A DNA stretch of 64,000 nt from Deltaproteobacteria bacterium (GTDB lineage: Bacteria; Desulfobacterota; Syntrophobacteria; BM002): assembly GCA_037384945.1 (NCBI GenBank), contig JARRNM010000016.1, positions 6,913-70,912 of the forward strand, in the 5' to 3' direction. Below the pieces are notes generated by a model. It did not search any database, was not told the DNA's origin, and saw nothing but the letters and a program-made list of their open reading frames with translations. Each line of letters begins with the position of its first letter. Within the stretch, counting starts at the first letter, position 1. This document shows, in pieces, positions 27,194 to 36,275 of this stretch. A program made the position numbers and the translations under genes.

Positions 27194-28426
27194 ATGGATT
27201 CAGCACTCATTCCCGAAGGGGTAAGACGTTGTTCTTTTAAAGCTTTTTGCCTTTGGCTATTGGTGATATTCGGCGTAATCGGCTGGGGCGTAGTGGGAGG
27301 GTTCTTTGTGCTGTGGAAGGGACTGAACGTTACCGGCCTGAACGACTATTTCGGCTTCGGCCTGTATATCACTGCAGACCTGGCTATTATTGCTTTGGGG
27401 GCGGGAGCTTTCTTTACCGGCTTTCTCACTTATGTGATCGGTAAAAAGGAACTCAAAGATATCATCAACCTGGCCGTAGTTGTTGGGTTTATCTGCTATA
27501 CTGGTGCTCAGTTGGTACTGCTTCTTGAAATAGGTCAACCCATCAGGGGCTGGTTTTCCTTCTGGCATCCCAATGTTCACTCAATGCTTACGGAAGTGAT
27601 CTTCTGCATAACCTGCTACACTATAGTGCTGGTCATAGAGTTCTTGCCCTTGATCCTAGAAAATAGGCAGTTGGACAAGGTGCCGGAATTTCACTATTTC
27701 GGCCACAATCTCCATGAGATCATGGTGGTTTTTGCTGCTACAGGTACTTTTTTGAGCTTTTTTCACCAGGGTTCCTTAGGTGGTCTGTATGGTGTAATGT
27801 TTGCCAGGCCCTTCGCCTTCCGGCAAGGATTTTTTATCTGGCCTTGGACCTTCTTCTTGTTCGTGGCATCAGCCATTGCCTCCGGTCCGGCCCTGACCAT
27901 CCTTGTTACCATGATGGTACAGGGGATTACGCGTAAAAAACTGGTCCGCCGTGAGGCTATCTCTCTTCTGGCAAAAGTGACCGGATACTTGCTGGCCTTT
28001 TATATGCTGGTCAAAATTGCGGACACCTGGTGGTGGGCAACTCACACTGCACCCAGTAAGGGCATGAGTTTCAGCGAGTTCTACCAAGGGCCTTACGGAT
28101 TGTGGCTCCTTTTCGGAGAACTAGTTGTCTGCGGAATTATCCCAGCCATCATCTTGCTTATACCTAAAGCGCGACAGGATGATGTGCTGCTCATTGTCGC
28201 CTGCGTTCTGGACTGCGCCGGCATAATCATCAACCGCTTTGTTTTTACTGTGCAGAACCTGGCATTGCCGGTAATGCCCTTCGACCATCTGCAAATCTAT
28301 ATTCCCACCTGGACGGAATGGGCACCTACTACGGCTCTCCTTGCTTACGGCGCTTTGATAATTTCCCTTTCCTATCGATACCTGCCGGTTTTTCCTAGGG
28401 AGCGTGAGCTGAATCCCCTGGATTGA
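27194..28426 (+). CDS. qrcD: NrfD/PsrC-family integral membrane quinone-interacting subunit (QrcD-like)
   Basis: 410 aa and about 10 predicted TM helices. It is the last gene of the operon. Confidence 0.7.
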   Translation: MDSALIPEGVRRCSFKAFCLWLLVIFGVIGWGVVGGFFVLWKGLNVTGLNDYFGFGLYITADLAIIALGAGAFFTGFLTYVIGKKELKDIINLAVVVGFICYTGAQLVLLLEIGQPIRGWFSFWHPNVHSMLTEVIFCITCYTIVLVIEFLPLILENRQLDKVPEFHYFGHNLHEIMVVFAATGTFLSFFHQGSLGGLYGVMFARPFAFRQGFFIWPWTFFLFVASAIASGPALTILVTMMVQGITRKKLVRREAISLLAKVTGYLLAFYMLVKIADTWWWATHTAPSKGMSFSEFYQGPYGLWLLFGELVVCGIIPAIILLIPKARQDDVLLIVACVLDCAGIIINRFVFTVQNLALPVMPFDHLQIYIPTWTEWAPTTALLAYGALIISLSYRYLPVFPRERELNPLD

Positions 28427-28451
28427 TCTTGGCGAGAAAATAAGAGAAATG

Positions 28452-28478
28452 AAAAACCCCGGGTCTCCCGGGGTTTTT
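28452..28478. terminator. Bidirectional rho-independent terminator
   Basis: AAAAACCCCGGG tct CCCGGGGTTTTT is a perfect 12-bp stem with an A-run on one side and a T-run on the other, placed between convergent qrcD and nadB. Confidence 0.85.
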
Positions 28479-28497
28479 GTATATGCGGAAAAGGCCT

Positions 28498-28591
28498 GCG
28501 GCCAGCTGGCAGGAGGCAGCTCGCAGCAAGGAGCAATGATTCTTCGAACAGGATATCCTTTCCTGCCAGCTGTCTGCTGCCCGCTGCCAGC
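28498..28591. repeat. CTGCCAG-family arrays in inverted orientation (long imperfect hairpin)
   Basis: GCGGCCAGCTGGCAGGAGGCAGCTCGCAGC (28498-28527) ... CCTGCCAGCTGTCTGCTGCCCGCTGCCAGC (28562-28591). Confidence 0.8.
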
Positions 28592-28657
28592 TAAAGGAGC
28601 GCACCTTCTCCTTCTTCTCAGGTTAAAAGCAGAATTTATGGGTTTAAGAGCGATCGA

Positions 28658-30300
28658 TCATGCCCATTGATCCAGGCGGATTATGGTGTCTCGTTGCCAG
28701 CGCTCCTCGTCCTTCTGGGGGTGGTCGACGTTGAAATGGAGTCCGCGGCTTTCGCGACGCTTGCGAGCACAGATGACGATCAACTCCGCAACAGTGGCCA
28801 GATTTCTCAGTTCGATGAGATCACTGTTTAGGCTTATATTGGGGTAGTGTTCGTTGATTTCTTGTTGTATCTGGGCCAGGTGATTTTGTGCCAGGATTAA
28901 ACGGCTGTCCTTGCGAACGATGCCCACGTAGTTCCACATAAGGCGCCGGATTATGTCCCAATTGTAAGCTATAAGTACCATTTCGCTATCGTTGGCGTTC
29001 AGTGGCATCTCCAAAGGGGGAACCTGGGGAAACCGGATCTTTTCTCCTGCGGACAGAGGTTCGCTATTGATCTGCATAGCAGCTGCATGGGCGAAGACCA
29101 GGGCTTCGAGGAGGGAGTTGCTGGCCAACCGGTTGGCTCCATGGAGGCCGGTACAGGCTGATTCACCCAAGGCATAGAGATGTTGGATGCTAGTACGTCC
29201 GTGCTCGTCGGTGCGCACTCCACCGCACATGTAATGGGCCGCCGGCACTACCGGGATTGGTTCTTTGGTAATGTCGATGCCAAGGGAAAAACATTTCTCA
29301 TAGATATTGGGAAAACGCTGTCGCAGAAAATCGGCATCGCGATGACCTATGTCCAGATAAACGCAGTCGTCCCCACTTTGTTTGATCTCGGTATCAATGG
29401 CTCGAGCCACTACGTCTCGACAAGCCAGATCTTTAAGGGGGTGGTATTTGGCCATGAAGGCCTGTCCACGTTTATCTAGCAGACGCCCACCCTCGCCCCG
29501 CACCGCTTCTGATATGAGGAAATTTTTTGCATGGGGGTGATAGAGGCAGGTGGGGTGAAATTGAACAAATTCCATATTGGCCACTTCCGCCCCCGCTCGG
29601 TATGCCATGGCTACACCGTCTCCAGTGGCCACATCAGGGTTGCTGGTGTAAACGTATACCTTGCCGGCACCGCCTGTACAAAGTAGGGTGTCTCTTGCCA
29701 GGAAGGTCAAGATACGATTTCCCTCGATATCGAGAACGTAGGCTCCCCAGCATCGTTCCTGCCGTCGGGTGGTCAGTAACCCTCGTTTGAGGAGCCGGCA
29801 TTCGACAATTAAATCGATGGCAATGTAATTTTCAAAAACAGATATGTTCGGGTGCTCCTCGGCCATGGAGAGCAAGACTCGCTCCACCTCTCTCCCGGTC
29901 ATATCCTGGGCGTGGACAATTCGACTGCGGGAGTGGCCCCCCTCGCGAATGGTGTGGAGTCCTGCTGCCCTCGCTGGAAGCGCACGCCCATTTCAGCCAG
30001 TTCCCTGATACGGTCAGGGCCGCTTTTAATTACCATGGCCACTATATCGGGATGACACAGTCCATCGCCGGCGCTCAGAGTATCCTGGATATGAAGGTCG
30101 AAAGAGTCCTCGGGGTCAAGGACCGAGGCAATTCCACCTTGGGCGTAGTTGGTGCTGGTTTCTACACTTTCCTTCTTGGTCACCACAGCAACCGCACGGT
30201 TTGTCGCCAATTTGAGGGCGAAGGTAAGGCCGGCGATGCCGCTCCCAACCACCAACGTGTCGAATTTCATGATGTCAGTTGTCATTTTTTCAATTCTCAA
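28658..30300 (-). pseudogene. nadB: L-aspartate oxidase with a single-base frameshift in a C6/G6 run
   Basis: ORF 29899..30300 (FAD site DTLVVGSGIAGL.., ends ..FARGATPAVELSTPRI*) and ORF 28658..29902 are the N- and C-terminal parts of NadB. The total span is 1643 nt (3n+2). Adding one G to the G6 run (29937-29942) gives ..FARGGHSRSRIVHAQDMTGREVE.., the conserved GGHS..R..HA.D.TG segment. Confidence 0.9.
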
Positions 30301-30574
30301 TTACCTTTAGTCATTTCGCCTTATTAAAATAGGGTAACCACAGAAGTCTATTAACTAAATAATAAATGAAAAATTACAAATGATAAATGAGGAATGTTGC
30401 CCCTTGATTAGGAGACGGTGGACCTGAACCGGGTGTTTAATGAACAAGAGCGAGACCTTAACTCCATGTTCCCTGACAGGGAGATGAGAAAATTCCTCAA
30501 GCAGGTTGATAAGAATCGGCGCAGTAACCAAAGGTTTCTCAAGGGAATGAAGAGAGACACACTCTGGGAGGAAG

Positions 30575-31249
30575 ATGAGTAACTCCGACTCGAAAAAGAT
30601 ACAGCGGCGCGGCGATGGAGCCATAAAAGCAGTAATATTCGACTGTGACGGGGTAATTGTAGATTCCCGCAAAGCAAATGCCCACCTTTACAATCAGTTT
30701 CTCTCACACTTCAATAAAGGTACTCTTAGCGAGGAGCAAATAGATTATGTGCACTGTCACACCCTGCAGGAATCACTAGAGTATTTGCTCGGCGATGCCG
30801 GGTTAATTGCCCAGGCAAAGCAGCTCTGGCAGGAGATGGACTATGCTCCCCTGATAGACTTACTCACCCTGGAGCCCGGTTTAATTGAGTGTTTGGAAAA
30901 ACTCACACTCCGGTATAAAACTGCCATTGCCACAAGTCGAACACGGACGATGAAACAGTTGCTGCAAAGATTTGGACTCGACCCATATTTCAACATGGTA
31001 GTGACATCCCTTGATGTGCGCCACCCCAAGCCACACCCTGAATCTCTCCATAAGATCCTTCTTTCCTTTGAGATAAACCCCGAGGCAGCTTGCTACATCG
31101 GGGACTCCGACGTTGACCGGGAAACCAGTCAACGGGCAGGCGTGCTTTTCATCGCCTACCGCAATGAGAACCTACAGGCAGACCATAATATTTCCCACTT
31201 CCATGAACTAATCCCACTGCTGGAGCAATACGGACAGCCGAGACTCTAA
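30575..31249 (+). CDS. HAD-superfamily hydrolase (phosphoglycolate phosphatase-like)
   Basis: 224 aa. HAD motif I is AVIFDCDGVIVDS. Motifs III and IV are K..P and YIGDSDVD. Confidence 0.8.
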   Translation: MSNSDSKKIQRRGDGAIKAVIFDCDGVIVDSRKANAHLYNQFLSHFNKGTLSEEQIDYVHCHTLQESLEYLLGDAGLIAQAKQLWQEMDYAPLIDLLTLEPGLIECLEKLTLRYKTAIATSRTRTMKQLLQRFGLDPYFNMVVTSLDVRHPKPHPESLHKILLSFEINPEAACYIGDSDVDRETSQRAGVLFIAYRNENLQADHNISHFHELIPLLEQYGQPRL

Positions 31250-31488
31250 GAAGAAAGAACCACGAAGAACACGAAAAATACAAAAATACAATAGGTGTGG
31301 GATGTGGGATAGGTGATGTGAGATTCAACATCCCTCATTTCAGATCTCACATCTCATATCCAATTTTCCATCTGTTTCGGATTTAGGATTTATCTGCAGG
31401 GTCTGGATTCCAAATTCGGCCCTTTAAGCCTTGGTGCCTAGTGCATAGTGCCTAGTTAAGTCCAGTCTATCGCCTAGACGCGGGGAAG
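31250..31488. repeat. Spacer of 34 heptamers in one phase, running from stop+1 to start-1
   Basis: GAAGAAA GAACCAC GAAGAAC ACGAAAA ATACAAA AATACAA TAGGTGT GGGATGT GGGATAG GTGATGT GAGATTC AACATCC CTCATTT CAGATCT CACATCT CATATCC ... TTCGGAT TTAGGAT TTATCTG ... TGGTGCC TAGTGCA TAGTGCC TAGTTAA ... Confidence 0.9.
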
Positions 31489-32232
31489 GTGCTCTTTAAG
31501 GAGTTTGGAATTTTGGCTAAAGAGCTACTTTTAATAGGAGTGGTTCATCGGGATCCTCAGGGCGCGGTCAGGCTGGGCAAGCTTCTAGCAGAAGAGTGCC
31601 CGGTATCGTTGGCGGTGGAGATCAGTCCCTATGGGCTCTTTTACCGGCGAAAAAACTCCCGTCACTTACGAAGGAACCTTAGACGAAGAGCAAAGAGGTT
31701 GGCTGGCAAATTAGAAGTTTCCTGGCGAGATTGGGGACAGATCAATGCCCTTGAGATTCAACTGGCAGTACCTTTTGAATACCGCATGGCCCAGAAATAC
31801 TGTCGAGATACAGGTGCTGCACTGGCTTGCATCGACTCTTCCCTTTGGAGCAAAGGCTGGATAAACGAGCATTGGCAACAGTTGCTGAGCAGAGAGAATC
31901 TTGAGGTACTGCTAAAGTGCCCTCCGGCGACTCTTGCAGAGGAAGTGGAAAGGGAATACAAGATGGCAGCCCACCTGATGAACAAGCAAGAGCAGTTTTT
32001 AGCGTCGGCTTTTATTCGAGTCTGGTCTGCTGATCCTCTATGGCAGCAGCGAGAAATGGAATTAGCCCAAGCCTTAGGGGAAACCTACGCTCGAGTCCAG
32101 GAGGGACGGGTGACATACGTGGGAGGCTGGCAGCACTTGCTTCGCCCAAATAGTGGTGGAACCCTATATGACCGGCTTAAGCATTTACAGCCCCGCAGGA
32201 TTTTGCTTAGCTCTCGGGAAGTTGAAGGATAA
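31489..32232 (+). CDS. Hypothetical protein, possibly TraB/GumN-like
   Basis: 247 aa with a GTG start. LLLIGVVHRDPQG near the N-terminus and YVGGWQHL near the C-terminus are reminiscent of the TraB/GumN family. This is a weak assignment made from memory only. Confidence 0.35.
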   Translation: MLFKEFGILAKELLLIGVVHRDPQGAVRLGKLLAEECPVSLAVEISPYGLFYRRKNSRHLRRNLRRRAKRLAGKLEVSWRDWGQINALEIQLAVPFEYRMAQKYCRDTGAALACIDSSLWSKGWINEHWQQLLSRENLEVLLKCPPATLAEEVEREYKMAAHLMNKQEQFLASAFIRVWSADPLWQQREMELAQALGETYARVQEGRVTYVGGWQHLLRPNSGGTLYDRLKHLQPRRILLSSREVEG

Positions 32233-32233
32233 C

Positions 32234-33007
32234 ATGGCTGAGACCGGTAGAGAATTCGAAAGGTTGCTGGATTTGCTCACCCGACTCCGGGCTGAGGATG
32301 GCTGTCCCTGGGATCGCGAGCAGACTCCCGCTACTATCAAGCGCTACCTTCTGGAAGAGGTTTATGAAGTTGTAGATGCGGTGGATCATGAAACTCCAGA
32401 TCAGGTAGCTGAGGAACTCGGCGATCTGATTTTCATGGCCCTTTTTTTGGCACAGTTCTATGCCGAACAGGACCAGTTTCAGATGGCTGAGGTACTTCGC
32501 GGGGTTGGTAATAAGATGGTTCGTCGCCATCCCCATGTGTTCGGAGATCGTAAGGTCGATTCTGCACGGGAGGTCAAACTCAACTGGGAAGAGATTAAAC
32601 AGAAAGAAAAACCTCGCAAGTCCTTAAGTGCTCGTTTCAGTGACATACCCCGTGCCCTGCCGGCGCTAATGCGATCATACCGAACGCTTTCACGGCTGGC
32701 CCGTGTACTAAGACGTCCTCTGAGCCGGAACGTCCTTCTTCCTGAGATGCAAAGATCATTCTCAATGCTCCTGGAGCTGGAGAGCGCAGATAGTGATTCC
32801 TCTTTGACGGTCGTTCTGGGCAGACTTCTGCTCCTGCTGGTAGCTTTTACCCAACCGAGGGGAATACGTGCAGAGGAAGCACTCACAGAGGCTCTCGCAA
32901 GCTTCTTCCAGCGAGTTGACCAGGTGGAAAAGTATCTGGTTGACAAGAAAAAAGAGTGGAGCGAGCTTTCCGAGGAAGAGGAACGGACTCTCTGGGAAGA
33001 GATCTGA
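32234..33007 (+). CDS. mazG: Nucleoside triphosphate pyrophosphohydrolase MazG
   Basis: MAETGREFERLLDLLTRLRAEDGCPWDREQT..EEVYEVVDA..ELGDL. The ATG at 32234 was chosen because the track ORF starts further upstream, inside the previous gene. Confidence 0.88.
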   Translation: MAETGREFERLLDLLTRLRAEDGCPWDREQTPATIKRYLLEEVYEVVDAVDHETPDQVAEELGDLIFMALFLAQFYAEQDQFQMAEVLRGVGNKMVRRHPHVFGDRKVDSAREVKLNWEEIKQKEKPRKSLSARFSDIPRALPALMRSYRTLSRLARVLRRPLSRNVLLPEMQRSFSMLLELESADSDSSLTVVLGRLLLLLVAFTQPRGIRAEEALTEALASFFQRVDQVEKYLVDKKKEWSELSEEEERTLWEEI

Positions 33008-33189
33008 TCATATCTCATATCTCATATCTCATATCTCATTTCTCATTTCACATTTCGCATTTCTCAGTGGTCATCTATCATCGATAATCCAGAACAAAAA
33101 TTATACGTCCATTTCATATGAATGAAAAATGTTAGATGAGCGATGGGAAATGATAAATTATCTGCCAGCTGCTTCCTGCCAGCTGAAAA
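33008..33189. repeat. 26 heptamers in one phase from the mazG stop+1 to the SRP RNA 3' end
   Basis: TCATATC x4, TCATTTC x2, ACATTTC GCATTTC TCAGTGG TCATCTA TCATCGA ... GAATGAA AAATGTT AGATGAG CGATGGG AAATGAT AAATTAT CTGCCAG CTGCTTC CTGCCAG. Confidence 0.9.
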
Positions 33190-33470
33190 AAAGCCCTTGG
33201 CCGTGCACCCCACATCGGGATCAGCTTTTTCAAGGAGCATCTGCGTTGTAGCTCTGATCAGAGATGTCCACGACACAAACTGCAATACTTACCGCTGCTT
33301 CCTCCCGGACCTGACGGGGTTCGTATCCGTTTGTTGCGCGGTGTCCAATCAGCAACAATCACAAACAACTCCCGGTCGAACTGAAGCTCTCCATAGGGAA
33401 TTCAACCCCGCATAAGCGGATTTCGGGTTACAGGGCACCGCTAACTCCCCATCTAGCACGACCAAGGGCT
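33190..33470 (-). ncRNA. ffs: Signal recognition particle RNA, large (Bacillus-type, with Alu domain)
   Basis: The minus strand contains the domain IV motif GTCAGGTCCGGGAGGAAGCAGCGG (33315..33292) within a symmetric-loop helix. A 5' segment GTCGTGCTAGATGGGGAGTTAGCGGTGCCCTGTAACCCGAAATCCGC..GGGGTTGAATTCCC closely resembles the Alu domain of B. subtilis scRNA as I remember it. The 5' CCCTTGGTCGTGC pairs with the 3' GCACGGCCAAGGG, which is followed by a T-run. Confidence 0.85.
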
Positions 33471-33580
33471 GAATTATCTCTAACTAGTATACTACATTAG
33501 GTACAAAGAGGAAAAACTCAGATTAGCGGAAGAGGAATCCTTCCTACCAGCTGCTCCCAACACAATGGAGGCAAAAGAGT

Positions 33581-34141
33581 TCACCGTTTGATCTTATTTT
33601 TTATCCTTTCGGCGATCTTTCGTTGTTCAAGTCGGCCGACAAGGGTGTCATGCTTGTCCTTGTACCGGTTGCGCAATTCCTCTGGAGTCAACCGCACTAG
33701 ATAATAACCAACCCTCTGCAAATGTACGCACAGGAGAGAATTCGTCAGAGTGGGAGATTTACTGGGAAGAAAAAGGGTTAGTACTGCAACCACTATCACT
33801 GCGGTCACCAACCCTTTGAAGAATCCCAAAGTAGCCCCGAGGAGACTGTCTGCCCACGCCATGAGCATGGCTCGACTAAGTTTAACAAAAACATATCCGA
33901 GCAATACTACGGTCAACCAGGTGGCAAGATAAACAGCCAGGTAAGCGAAAACTTCCAAGTAGGGCAGAGAAGGAAAGTGGCTTTTAAACAGAGGGACTAC
34001 CCTGAGGTAAAGATGACCAGCCAGAACAAAGCCAGCAATGAGCCCCAAAAAGGAAGCCACCTGCCGAATCATACCGCGAATAAGTCCACGAATTAAGGCT
34101 ATAGCTAAAATTGTCAGGAGTATAAAATCGAGGATGTTCAT
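33581..34141 (-). CDS. cvpA: CvpA-family membrane protein
   Basis: 186 aa. MNILDFILLTILAIALIRGLIRGMIRQV and 4 TM helices are typical of CvpA. Confidence 0.8.
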   Translation of the reverse strand: MNILDFILLTILAIALIRGLIRGMIRQVASFLGLIAGFVLAGHLYLRVVPLFKSHFPSLPYLEVFAYLAVYLATWLTVVLLGYVFVKLSRAMLMAWADSLLGATLGFFKGLVTAVIVVAVLTLFLPSKSPTLTNSLLCVHLQRVGYYLVRLTPEELRNRYKDKHDTLVGRLEQRKIAERIKNKIKR

Positions 34142-34204
34142 GCAATGCCTCTTGTGCTCAAGAGGTGCCTGTTGTCGGTTGTTTAAAAAGTTGGGCCCAT
34201 AGAT

Positions 34205-34298
34205 AAGAGGGTAAGGGCGACAAAGGCGGAAAAAGCGAGAAAAGCAAGCAATGTCCGTCTTTTTCCTTTCTCGCCTTGGCCCTTTCTCGCTTTAACCC
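34205..34298. repeat. Heptamer words and their complements (AAGGGCG/GAGAAAG family)
   Basis: GGGTAAG GGCGACA AAGGCGG AAAAAGC GAGAAAA GCAAGCA ... CCTTTCT CGCCTTG GCCCTTT CTCGCTT. Confidence 0.65.
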
Positions 34299-34734
34299 TG
34301 TCCACTTAGCACACTGCACCTCGCTGCCAATGCACAGAGCTGACCACGGACAATTGATTCCCGGATTGGCGTAGGACGTACCAAATTCGCTCCTGGTCGT
34401 CAAGGATAAATGGTTCTTGTCGTTAAATGGTGAAAAAAGTCAAGAAACTAGTGGTAACCTCCCAGGGTTGCAGCCACTTACAGTTTGTGTTAGAAATCCA
34501 AAACGATTCGTAATGACGTTCGACTGGATAATCACCAAGGGCGCAAGGAAGACGAAAGAATATGCGAGATTTTAGGTTTGAGATTGCAGATTGACACCCC
34601 TAGCCACTACGATGTCTCGGAATCTGCAATCAACAATCTAAAATCACCTTCCTTGGTGATCTCTATGGTTGAATCTTTCGTCACCTTAACTTCTTCTGAC
34701 CTGGATGAACTGAAAAAAGATAGAGAAAAGGGCT

Positions 34735-35160
34735 ATGGCCGTAGTAACGGAAGGTATTGAAATTGATACGGATATCGGTACTGATATCATTGACATAACC
34801 GGACTGGTGAGTGAGCATCTGGCCCAGAGTGGAATTGTACGGGGAGCAGTGATTCTTTTTGTTCCTGGCTCCACAGGAGCGCTTACAACTATTGAATATG
34901 AGAGTGGCGTGATCCAGGATCTTGCTGATGCCATTGAGCGATTGGTCCCTCGCGACGTCTCCTACGCTCATGATCAGCGCTGGGGTGACGGTAACGGTTT
35001 CTCTCATGTCCGTGCCGCTCTCTTGGGGCCTTCTTTACATATCCCTGTTTTGGAAGGGCGGTTGAGCCTTGGTACCTGGCAACAGATAGTGCTGATTAAT
35101 TTCGACAACCGGGCGCGCCGTAGACGGCTGATTATTCAGATCATGGGAGAAAAGGAATAG
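34735..35160 (+). CDS. yjbQ: YjbQ/UPF0047 family protein (secondary thiamine-phosphate synthase enzyme)
   Basis: 141 aa. Contains FVPGSTGALTTIEYESGVIQD, NGFSHVRAALLGPS and LGTWQQIVLINFD. Confidence 0.8.
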   Translation: MAVVTEGIEIDTDIGTDIIDITGLVSEHLAQSGIVRGAVILFVPGSTGALTTIEYESGVIQDLADAIERLVPRDVSYAHDQRWGDGNGFSHVRAALLGPSLHIPVLEGRLSLGTWQQIVLINFDNRARRRRLIIQIMGEKE

Positions 35161-35164
35161 AGAG

Positions 35165-36160
35165 TTGTCCATGACTGTTACTGCTCGGACTAATGGTTCA
35201 GGGGAACTTATCCTTACTTTTGACGATAACGCTCTGCTTCAAAACCTTTGCGGCGAGCGCAACGGCAACCTTAAGCTCATTGAAAAATCCCTTCAAGTAA
35301 AACTCAGTCTCCGTGGCGACCAAATTACCCTATTCGGGGAAGACCCAGATGTAAAGTTGGCGCAAAGGGTGTTGGAAGAGCTTTACAGCTTGCTCGGCGA
35401 GGGGTATCCCCTCTATCCGAGCGATGTCAACCACGCAATTCAGATCTTGAGCGGCAAATTCCAGGCTCGTCTTAAAGATATCTTCCTAGATGCTGTCTAT
35501 GTTACCTCCAAGAAGAGAATAATCACCCCTAAGTCCCTTGCTCAGAAAGAGTACATAGAGGCTATTCGGCGCTATGATATCGTATTTGGCATAGGCCCGG
35601 CGGGCACAGGAAAGACCTACCTGGCCATGGCTACGGCGATTTCGGCTCTAAACGGTGGTGAAATCAGCCGTATTATCTTGGTGCGTCCTGCGGTTGAAGC
35701 AGGTGAGAAGCTGGGTTTTCTTCCCGGAGACCTGGCAGAAAAAGTAAACCCTTACCTGCGTCCACTCTACGATGCCCTCCATGACATGATTGATTTTGAG
35801 CAGACTACCGCCTTGCTACAGCGAGGGGTCATTGAGGTAGCTCCTCTGGCCTTTATGAGAGGCCGCACCCTTAACGACTGTTTCGTCATTCTCGATGAAG
35901 CTCAAAATACCACTTCTGAACAGATGAAAATGTTTCTTACCCGCCTAGGGATAAGTTCCAAGGCGGTAATCACTGGAGATGTCACTCAGATCGATTTGCC
36001 TAATGGGACGACTTCAGGGCTAATTGAGACCATGGAGATACTTGCCGGTATCCAAGGATTGAAATTCGTCCACTTTACTGATAAAGATGTCATTCGCCAT
36101 CGGTTGGTGCAAGATATAATCAAAGCTTACGAGCGAGCTGAAAAAAAGAAGCGAAAATAA
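35165..36160 (+). CDS. phoH: PhoH-family ATPase
   Basis: 331 aa. Walker A GPAGTGKTYLAMA, then FLPGDL and DEAQN. It is the first gene of the conserved phoH/7TM-HD/ybeY cluster. Confidence 0.9.
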   Translation: MSMTVTARTNGSGELILTFDDNALLQNLCGERNGNLKLIEKSLQVKLSLRGDQITLFGEDPDVKLAQRVLEELYSLLGEGYPLYPSDVNHAIQILSGKFQARLKDIFLDAVYVTSKKRIITPKSLAQKEYIEAIRRYDIVFGIGPAGTGKTYLAMATAISALNGGEISRIILVRPAVEAGEKLGFLPGDLAEKVNPYLRPLYDALHDMIDFEQTTALLQRGVIEVAPLAFMRGRTLNDCFVILDEAQNTTSEQMKMFLTRLGISSKAVITGDVTQIDLPNGTTSGLIETMEILAGIQGLKFVHFTDKDVIRHRLVQDIIKAYERAEKKKRK

Positions 36161-36275
36161 GTTCTTATAGAAGAAGAGTGGTCAATGTCTCGGATGGTAG
36201 AGGTGAAGATGGCTCACAATTTGCTTACTTAACCCTACCACCTTAGACCTATTGTTCGTTGGGGCAAGAGACACT

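Noticed and set aside
14043-30300. Selenocysteine (in-frame TGA) as the explanation for the split xth and nadB ORFs
   Set aside because: In each case the downstream half is in a different reading frame, so stop-codon recoding cannot join them. The xth stop is TAG.
33325-33340. GGTTCGTATCC as a possible tRNA T-loop
   Set aside because: It lies on the antisense strand of the SRP RNA gene, and no acceptor or anticodon arms can be drawn. I found no tRNA genes in the window.
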